Assembly: GCA_036802885.1 (NCBI GenBank)
Contig: DAIRVI010000005.1
Location: forward strand, 4,137-28,136
DNA: 24,000 bases
Reading direction: 5' to 3'
Source of the DNA: Pyrinomonadaceae bacterium
Lineage (GTDB): Bacteria > Acidobacteriota > Blastocatellia > Pyrinomonadales > Pyrinomonadaceae
A program made the translations under genes and the position numbers. Positions within the stretch are counted from its first letter, which is position 1, and the number at the start of each line of letters is the position of its first letter. Below, piece by piece: positions 1 to 6,082 of this stretch. The notes under the pieces were generated by a model. That model had not been told where the DNA came from. It was given only the letters and a program-made list of their open reading frames with translations, and made no database searches.

Positions 1-40
1 CTGCGCGATATTGGCTGTTTTCATAACATGGCCATTATAG

Positions 41-58
41 CCTACTTGGCCTACTTGG
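41..58. repeat. Perfect tandem duplication of a 9-mer (cctacttgg x2) in a short intergenic spacer
   Basis: Read directly: cctacttgg at 41-49 and again at 50-58. It lies between the stop of the chimeric ORF (69) and a minus-strand ATG at 24. Confidence 0.6.
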
Positions 59-68
59 TCAAGTATTT

Positions 69-275
69 CTAACGCAACGCCAACCCAGCATCGAGAGCCT
101 CGATGACTTTGTCGATGGAATCGGTGGTTGAGTTGAGCATGACGCCGGTGCGGATGACGTTGCCGTAGAGGCCGCCTTTTCCCATCGTCGTAACCGTCTT
201 GGCGTCAATAAAGATATCGACGTGGTAGTCGTCGACAGCAGTAACAACCTGGCCATTCTTAATTAAGGTTTTCAT
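69..275 (-). pseudogene. Chimeric gene relic: amidohydrolase (dihydropyrimidinase/hydantoinase-like) N-terminus (about 33 aa) fused to a duplicate of the last about 38 aa of the class-III aminotransferase
   Basis: The 68-aa ORF reads MKTLIKNGQVVTAVDDYHVDIFIDAKTVTTMGK|GGLYGNVIRTGVMLNSTTDSIDKVIEALDAGLAL. The first half looks like a cyclic-amidohydrolase N-terminus. The second half duplicates the C-terminus of the 1729-3033 gene. Hand alignment of nt 71-182 against 1731-1842 gives 8 mismatches in 112 nt. Confidence 0.55.
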
Positions 276-280
276 ATAAT

Positions 281-325
281 AAGAAATTTACCACAGAGAT
301 AATGGGAAAATTGAGTCTTTCTCAG
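281..325. repeat. Degenerate partial copy of the ACCACAGAG palindromic repeat family
   Basis: aagaaatttaccacagag (281-298) matches aagaaattcaccacagag at 1062-1079. tctttctcag (316-325) is the reverse complement of the ctgagaaaga found in the full copies. Confidence 0.35.
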
Positions 326-392
326 CATTCCCTACCCTTGTAGTAAATCAAAAAGTATTTTCATCTCAACTGATCTACGTTATTATATCAGG

Positions 393-614
393 ATGGAAAG
401 TTTAACTTATGAAATGGCCATCGAGCGAAACCCGGCAAAGGTAAGCGGTAAATGGGTTTTCCGGGATACTCGTGTACCGATTTCCGCGTTGTTTGAAAAT
501 TTGAAGGACGGCGTTTCCATCGATGAATTTCTCGAATGGTTTCCCGGCGTAAAACGCGAACAAATTCTCGCCATTCTGGATCACGAGATCGAAGAACTCA
601 AAAACGCGGCATGA
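393..614 (+). CDS. DUF433 (COG2442) domain protein, putative antitoxin
   Basis: The 73-aa ORF has a DUF433-like core (NPAKVSGKWVFRDTRVPISALFENLKDGVSIDEFLEWFPGVKREQILAIL). Its stop overlaps the start of the downstream gene in ATGA (611-614). Confidence 0.75.
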   Translation: MESLTYEMAIERNPAKVSGKWVFRDTRVPISALFENLKDGVSIDEFLEWFPGVKREQILAILDHEIEELKNAA

Positions 615-931
615 AGATTTTATTCGATCAGGGAACGCCTGTTCCACTGAGAAAACTTCTACCGGAACATTCGATTATTACTGCTTACGAACTCGGCTGG
701 CAAAGGCTTGAAAATGGAGACCTTATCGCAGCGGCCGAAGCCGATGGCTTCGACATTATCGTCACAACCGACCAAAACCTAAAATATCAACAAAACTTAC
801 AAACGCGAAGCATTTCGATAATGGTTCTGTCTTCGACATCATGGCCGCGAATTCGCGAAAACGCTACGGCAATACAAAATGCTCTGGACAGTCTGATGCC
901 GTCGTCATTCATCGAAATAGAAATTAAGTGA
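611..931 (+). CDS. PIN-like (DUF5615/COG4634-type) protein, putative toxin
   Basis: The ATG at 611 gives MKILFDQGTPVPLRKLL...DIIVTTDQNLKYQQNL (106 aa) and has a 4-nt ATGA overlap with the DUF433 gene. The 131-aa ORF-track version starting at 536 is an Arg-rich out-of-context extension. Confidence 0.65.
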   Translation: MKILFDQGTPVPLRKLLPEHSIITAYELGWQRLENGDLIAAAEADGFDIIVTTDQNLKYQQNLQTRSISIMVLSSTSWPRIRENATAIQNALDSLMPSSFIEIEIK

Positions 932-941
932 ACCCCCCTTT

Positions 942-1061
942 TTATGTTCCTTTATCCTGCCGCTTGCCGATAGTCGTCACCAGCTCGCCGCGGGTAAAAA
1001 TATCCGCCCGATAGTCGTCCACCGCCGTAACAACCCGTCCGTTTTTGATCAGTGTTTTCAT
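942..1061 (-). pseudogene. Truncated amidohydrolase (dihydropyrimidinase/hydantoinase-like) N-terminal stub, 39 codons
   Basis: My own translation of the minus strand gives MKTLIKNGRVVTAVDDYRADIFTRGELVTTIGKRQDKGT*. It is a paralogue of the stub at 177-275 and breaks after the same (I/M)GK position. It is too short to appear in the ORF track. Confidence 0.5.
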
Positions 1062-1063
1062 AA

Positions 1064-1204
1064 GAAATTCACCACAGAGTCACAGAGGACACTGAGAAAG
1101 ACAAATCAAAGTTAACAACAAAACTTTCACCAGCAACAGACCATCGTCTGATTAGATCATTTCTAAAAAAATCTCTGTGGTCTCCGTGCCTCTGTGGTGA
1201 ATTC
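1064..1204. repeat. Palindromic repeat module 1 (imperfect about 32-nt inverted arms, about 70-nt spacer)
   Basis: The left arm is aattcaccacagagtcacagaggacactgaga (1066-1097). The right arm is tctctgtggtctccgtgcctctgtggtgaatt (1172-1203). They are reverse-complementary at 27 of 32 hand-aligned positions. The right arm abuts the stop codon of the GxxExxY gene. Confidence 0.75.
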
Positions 1205-1575
1205 TTAGTTTATTCTTCTCTTAATTCCGTTTTTCAATAGAGTTACGTTGAAATTTATCAACAGTCCGAGCTTTTTATTCGCAAGCTTTAAATAAGTTAA
1301 GAGTTGAGCCTCGTGAATCGGCAATATGTGCTCGACGGACTTCAATTCGAGAACTACCGTGTCTTCAACCAATATGTCGATGAAATAATCTGCATCTAGC
1401 CTAAGGCCTTCGTAAATAACCGGAAGAGCAAGTTGACGTTCGGCTTTCAAACCGGCCTTTCTTAATTCATGGACAAGGCAAACCTCATAAGCACTCTCAA
1501 GTAACCCCGGACCAAAAACCCTGTGAACCTTGATCGCACAACCATGATCTTTTCAGTTAAGTCATTCAATTCCAT
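1205..1575 (-). pseudogene. GxxExxY protein (TIGR04256-type, PD-(D/E)xK-like), disrupted by a 1-nt frameshift near codon 10
   Basis: The downstream frame gives HGCAIKVHRVFGPGLLESAYEVCLVHELRKAGLKAERQLALPVIYEG...DILVEDTVVLELK...LINFN. This contains the GLLESAY (GxxExxY) motif and a D..E.K motif. The ATG at 1575 (MELNDLTEKI) is in another frame. The span is 371 nt, one short of a multiple of three. Confidence 0.8.
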
Positions 1576-1587
1576 AAGAAGGAGGAA

Positions 1588-1719
1588 GAATTCACCACAG
1601 AGTCACAGAGGACGCGGAGAAAGAAAGTCAATAAATTTGCATAACAATTATTCAACCCCATTCACCATACAACCCTTCTAAAAACCCTCTGTGCCCTCCC
1701 GTGCCTCTGTGGTGAATTC
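1588..1719. repeat. Palindromic repeat module 2, a direct copy of module 1
   Basis: The left arm is gaattcaccacagagtcacagaggacgcggagaaaga (1588-1624). Its 36 nt after the first g (1589-1624) match module 1's left arm (1066-1101) at 34 of 36. The right arm is ctctgtgccctcccgtgcctctgtggtgaattc (1687-1719). The module sits between the GxxExxY start and the aminotransferase stop. Confidence 0.75.
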
Positions 1720-1728
1720 TTTCTTTTC

Positions 1729-3033
1729 TTAACACAACGCCAAGCCAGCATCCAATGCCTCGATGACTTTGTCGATCGAATCGGTGGTTGAATTGAGCAT
1801 GACGCCGGTGCGGATGACGTTGCCGTAGAGGCCGCCTTTGCCGATGAGGACGCCCCGCGCCCGCGTTTCTTCGAAGACGCGAAGGACGAGGTCGGGGGAC
1901 GGTTCTTTGGTTTTGCGGTCTTTGACGAGTTCGATGCCCTGCATCAGGCCCATGCCGCGAACATCACCGATGCAGGCGTATTTTTCCTGCAATTTGAGCA
2001 GCTCGTTATGAAAATAATCGCCGACGACGCGGGCGTTTGTGCGAAGGTCATCTTCTTCGATCACGTTGATCACCGCGAGGCCGACTGCCGACGAGACGGG
2101 ATTGCCGCCAAATGTCGAAAACGTCAGCCCCGGGAACGCATCGGCGACCTCAGGCGTCGCAATCGTCCAGCCGATCGGCACACCGTTGCCCATGCCTTTC
2201 GCCGAAGTGATGATGTCCGGCTCGACGCCCCAATGCTCAATGCCAAACCACTTGTCGCCCGTGCGACCCCAAGCGGCCTGGACCTCGTCTGAGATAAACA
2301 GCCCGCCATGGCTGCGTGCGATCTCGGCGACACGAGGGAAATACTCTTTCGGCGGAATGATAAATCCGCCGACGCCGAGTATCGTCTCGGCCATGAACGC
2401 CGCGATATTGCCGGTCGTCGTCGTATTGATCAATTCTTCGACATCATCCGCACAAGCCACGCCGCATGATGGATATTCGAGCTTGAAAGGACAGCGGTAG
2501 CAATAGGGTGCGTGAGCATGAACAACGCCCGCAACCTGCGAAGCGATCGGCTTCCAGGTCTTATGCCCGATCGTCGAAAGCGCCGTTGCCGAACGCCCCG
2601 CATAACTATGCCGCAGCACAACGATCTCATTATTCCCCGTCGCGATCTTCGCCGCGAGGATTGCCGTATCGTCAGCCTCGGTACCGCTATTGGTAAAAAA
2701 CGACTTCTTCAAATTCCCCGGCGTGATCTCAGCCAATTTCTCCGCCAGATCGCCCTGCGGCCCGTTCGCATAAAGCGTCGACATATGCGCGATCTTATCG
2801 ACCTGATCCTTCCACGCCGCATTAACACGCGGATTGGCGTGGCCGACGCTCACCGTCAGCACACCGCCAAAGGCATCGAGATATTTGTTGCCCTGATCGT
2901 CCCAGACGTATTCGCCCTCGCCTTTGACGATCGCGATCGGCTCTTGGTAGTAAGTCGCAACCGCCGGAAAAAGAAATTCCTTGTGCTTTTCGACAGCACT
3001 CTTCAGAGACGATTTTTGTTCAGCTTGAGTCAT
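1729..3033 (-). CDS. Class-III (omega-type) PLP-dependent aminotransferase, AGXT2/beta-alanine-pyruvate transaminase-like
   Basis: At 434 aa it carries family motifs: FISDEVQAAWGRTG, the PLP-lysine region TSAKGMGNG, and NSGTEADD. I prefer the start at ATG 3033 (MTQAEQK...), which is preceded by GAGGAAAAATT. The ORF-track start at 3087 adds 18 unlikely residues. Confidence 0.85.
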   Translation of the reverse strand: MTQAEQKSSLKSAVEKHKEFLFPAVATYYQEPIAIVKGEGEYVWDDQGNKYLDAFGGVLTVSVGHANPRVNAAWKDQVDKIAHMSTLYANGPQGDLAEKLAEITPGNLKKSFFTNSGTEADDTAILAAKIATGNNEIVVLRHSYAGRSATALSTIGHKTWKPIASQVAGVVHAHAPYCYRCPFKLEYPSCGVACADDVEELINTTTTGNIAAFMAETILGVGGFIIPPKEYFPRVAEIARSHGGLFISDEVQAAWGRTGDKWFGIEHWGVEPDIITSAKGMGNGVPIGWTIATPEVADAFPGLTFSTFGGNPVSSAVGLAVINVIEEDDLRTNARVVGDYFHNELLKLQEKYACIGDVRGMGLMQGIELVKDRKTKEPSPDLVLRVFEETRARGVLIGKGGLYGNVIRTGVMLNSTTDSIDKVIEALDAGLALC

Positions 3034-3174
3034 AATTTTTCCTCGGAATTCCCAAATAATAGCAGAAACACAAGTATTAGGGAACAAATCCGGAAGGCGC
3101 GACGCTTAGAGAACCCGAAATTCGTGCAGAGCGACGCGTTTGACAGCCTCACGAGATTTGCCGAATATGGTCGT

Positions 3175-4860
3175 ATGCTTAATTCCATTGACTATAAACT
3201 GCCGGCCGACCTGTCGAAAACGCTCCAGTCTGTGATCGATGAGTGGAAACTCGGGGAAAAAATCGCGCGTATCTGGGCCAGGGACGCATCCGTCTGGACA
3301 AACGATGACGAAGCAAAATGGCTCGGTTGGCTCGACATTGTCGATGAAGAATTAACACAGACGCAGACCTATCGAGATCTTCGCACGGATATCGAGAGTG
3401 CGGGTTTTACCACTGTTTTGCTGATGGGAATGGGCGGTTCGTCGCTATGCCCAGAGGTTTTGGCCCTAACTTTTGGCAAGACAAATTTTCATATCCTTGA
3501 CTCAACAGTTCCCGCTCAAGTTCGAGCGGTCGAGGACAAACTTGATCTCGCAAAGACCTTGTTCATCGTCGCCAGCAAATCAGGCTCAACGCTTGAGCCA
3601 AACTGTTTCAAGCAGTATTTCTTTGAAAAAGTCGCTGGCATTGTCGGGCGTGAGAAAGCGGGACGACAATTTATCGCAATAACAGATCCCGGCTCGAAAA
3701 TGGAAAAGGTCGCAAAGGATGACGGCTTTCGACACATCTTTTACGGCAAGCCCGAGATCGGCGGGCGATTTTCGGCCCTGTCGGCCTTCGGTATGACGGC
3801 CGCGGCGTCGATGGGCCTCGATGTCGGGGAATTTTTGGCGCAGGCGAACAATATGATTACGGCCTGTCGCGACAGCGATCCGGCCGCAAATCCAGGTGCG
3901 CTGCTCGGTATAATCCTCGGCCTCTGCCACAAACACGGTCGCGACAAACTCACCATTTTTACTTCACCAGAGATTCATGATCTCGGCGCATGGATGGAGC
4001 AGTTGGTAGCAGAATCAACCGGTAAGATAGGCGTTTCGATCATCCCCGTCGATCGCGAACCTATCCAATCGGCAAATAGATACGGCGAAGATCGCATATT
4101 TGCGTTTCTGAGTTTGAAAGGCGATACGTCGTTCGATGATGCCTATAACAAACTAACGTCTGCCGGCCATCCGGCCATGAAGATCGATCTTGGGTCGATC
4201 GACGATCTCGGTCAGGAATTTTTCCGCTGGGAATTTGCGACCGCCGTTGCGGGCTCGATAATGCAGATCAACCCGTTCAATCAGCCCGACGTCGAATCGG
4301 CAAAGATCGAGGCTCGCAAGATCACAGATGAGTATGAAAAGACGGGTTCGCTGCCTGATGAGCAGCCGTTTTTTAAGGAGGACGGTATCTCGCTGTTTAC
4401 TAGTGATGGTTACGCACGAGTCCTGACGCAGGCTGCCGGAATATTCTCACTCAGATCATTGATCGATGTTCATTTGTCGCAGATCGAGATGGGCGATTAT
4501 TTTGCGGTTCTCGGATATGTCGAGATGAACGCTGATACGGAGCGGCTGCTCCAGGCGATCCGCGAAAAGGTTCTGGAACGCACGGGCGTTGCGACGTGTC
4601 TTGGTTTTGGGCCGCGATTTTTGCACTCGACCGGCCAGGCATACAAGGGCGGAGCGAATAATGGCGTATTTTTACAGATAACATCCGACGACGCGTTTGA
4701 TCTCGCCGTCCCGGGCCAAAAATATACCTTCGGCGTGGTCAAAGCTGCTCAGGCTCGGGGCGATTTTCAGGTACTGCTCGATCGGGGCCGTCGAGCTCTC
4801 CGTGTCCACCTCGGTGCTGACGTAAAGAGCGGTTTGGAGAAAGTAGCTTCGTTCGTGTGA
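3175..4860 (+). CDS. pgi: Glucose-6-phosphate isomerase (the PGI type otherwise found fused to transaldolase)
   Basis: SIS/PGI motifs are present: LLMGMGGSSLCPEV, FIVASKSGSTLEP, and a C-terminal GDFQVLLDRGRRALRVHLG. The long ORF from 2512 is antisense read-through of the aminotransferase. The first plausible starts are ATG 3175 and GTG 3124, so the start is uncertain. Confidence 0.75.
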   Translation: MLNSIDYKLPADLSKTLQSVIDEWKLGEKIARIWARDASVWTNDDEAKWLGWLDIVDEELTQTQTYRDLRTDIESAGFTTVLLMGMGGSSLCPEVLALTFGKTNFHILDSTVPAQVRAVEDKLDLAKTLFIVASKSGSTLEPNCFKQYFFEKVAGIVGREKAGRQFIAITDPGSKMEKVAKDDGFRHIFYGKPEIGGRFSALSAFGMTAAASMGLDVGEFLAQANNMITACRDSDPAANPGALLGIILGLCHKHGRDKLTIFTSPEIHDLGAWMEQLVAESTGKIGVSIIPVDREPIQSANRYGEDRIFAFLSLKGDTSFDDAYNKLTSAGHPAMKIDLGSIDDLGQEFFRWEFATAVAGSIMQINPFNQPDVESAKIEARKITDEYEKTGSLPDEQPFFKEDGISLFTSDGYARVLTQAAGIFSLRSLIDVHLSQIEMGDYFAVLGYVEMNADTERLLQAIREKVLERTGVATCLGFGPRFLHSTGQAYKGGANNGVFLQITSDDAFDLAVPGQKYTFGVVKAAQARGDFQVLLDRGRRALRVHLGADVKSGLEKVASFV

Positions 4861-4983
4861 CCTCTCGTACTCGTGAATGACGACGGGTCCACACTTGCCG
4901 GTCGTCAACGTCTCGCATTATGCTTCGCAAGTTAGAGCGCATATACTAAAAGTTGACGCCTAGATACGTTTTTACCGATTTTT

Positions 4984-6081
4984 ATGCAAAGCGAGAACGC
5001 GTTGGGACCCGATTCACAATACCTCGAAACCCCAGCCTCGAAATCGAGATCGAATAAGACAAATCTGCTGATCTGGGTTCACGCCATAACTTTTCTCCTG
5101 GGCCTCGGCCTTCTTATATATGTAATCTACAAGATCGGCTATCAGAGCCTGATAGAATCGGTCACACGAGTCGGATGGGGCATCGTTTTAATAATGGGCC
5201 TAAATCTCGTCAGGCATTTGCTGCGAGCATCGACGATGTATCTTGCCGTTGCCCCCGAACATCGAACTTTTAAATATCGAAGCGCGGTTGCCGCACGGTT
5301 CGGAGGCGAGGCAGTCAATTTCTTCAGCTTTGCGGGCCCGTTTCTGGGCGATGCGACCAAGGCCGTTTTGCTCAAGAAAAATCTCCCGCTGACACACGGC
5401 GCTTCGGCCGTAATAATCGATAACATCCTATATTACGTAACGGTTATTCTGGTCGTTTTGACCGGCGTTGCGATCCTGCTATTTAATTACGGCAGCAGCG
5501 GTTCGGCGATGAGCAATGTTCTGCTGGTCATCGTCGTGGCCGCTGTATTGATGTTTACTGGTTTGTCGCTTGCGATCCTTTATCGCGTCACCCCGCTTAC
5601 GCACGCGATCGATTTTTTTGCAAGGCGGAATATTGCGCCGAAATTCCTTTTGAAAAAGCGTCACAACATCCTCGATGTCGAGAATAATGTCTTTCAGTTT
5701 TACCACAACCGTAGGGCCGATTTCTTTATAGTGTTTGGGATCAGCCTAGGAGTTCATACCGTCAGCGTGACAGAGGTCTATTTGGCTCTGAAGTTTTTGG
5801 GCTATGACGCACTCGTCTCGACGGCTTTTATAATCGAGAGCCTTACAAAGGTCATAAATGCGACTTTCAGCTTTATTCCGGGGACGATCGGCGTGTATGA
5901 GGGCGGAAACGGTTTGATCCTACACACGCTTGGTTATACGACGGCGGTTGGCGTCGCGCTAGCATTGGTGCGCCGCGGAGCGATCCTTTTTTCGACGTTT
6001 ATAGGATTGGTGATCTTGCTTTGGCGAGGGGCTGAGCGTGGAGCAAAACACCTGGCAAAAAACCGCGATCAAGCCGAATAG
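4984..6081 (+). CDS. UPF0104 / lysyl-phosphatidylglycerol-synthase-TM-region-like (flippase-like) integral membrane protein
   Basis: The 365-aa protein has about 8 hydrophobic segments and the typical layout for this family. It has a polar N-terminus, then LLIWVHAITFLLGLGLLIYVIY, then a conserved basic loop (VRHLLRA). Confidence 0.65.
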   Translation: MQSENALGPDSQYLETPASKSRSNKTNLLIWVHAITFLLGLGLLIYVIYKIGYQSLIESVTRVGWGIVLIMGLNLVRHLLRASTMYLAVAPEHRTFKYRSAVAARFGGEAVNFFSFAGPFLGDATKAVLLKKNLPLTHGASAVIIDNILYYVTVILVVLTGVAILLFNYGSSGSAMSNVLLVIVVAAVLMFTGLSLAILYRVTPLTHAIDFFARRNIAPKFLLKKRHNILDVENNVFQFYHNRRADFFIVFGISLGVHTVSVTEVYLALKFLGYDALVSTAFIIESLTKVINATFSFIPGTIGVYEGGNGLILHTLGYTTAVGVALALVRRGAILFSTFIGLVILLWRGAERGAKHLAKNRDQAE

Positions 6082-6082
6082 T

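Noticed and set aside
1-24. Minus-strand ATG at 24 (MKTANIAQ...) running off the left edge
   Set aside because: Only 8 codons are visible, which is not enough to call a gene or product.
59-256. A 65-aa minus-strand ORF overlapping the chimeric relic in another frame
   Set aside because: It is an alternative frame of duplicated coding sequence, and its Ser/Thr/Leu-rich translation has no family resemblance.
536-610. Upstream extension of the PIN-like ORF (MVSRRKTRTNSRHSGSRDRRTQKRG)
   Set aside because: It overlaps the DUF433 gene in another frame and is highly basic and low-complexity. The ATG at 611 gives the classic ATGA-coupled toxin start.
3140-3168. TTGACA-N17-GAATAT upstream of pgi, which would imply a leaderless mRNA starting at ATG 3175
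   Set aside because: The -10 matches only 3 of 6 positions. The idea is attractive but unsupported without TSS data.
2512-3174. The 5' two-thirds of the 782-aa ORF (2512-4860), which is Arg/Pro-rich
   Set aside because: It lies antisense to the well-supported aminotransferase gene and has low-complexity, Arg-rich composition typical of shadow frames. Recognisable PGI sequence begins only around 3175.
4881-4908. Hairpin gacgacggg...ccggtcgtc downstream of pgi as a terminator
   Set aside because: The stem is interrupted (6 bp, a mismatch, then 2 bp) and no T-run follows, so it is too weak to call.
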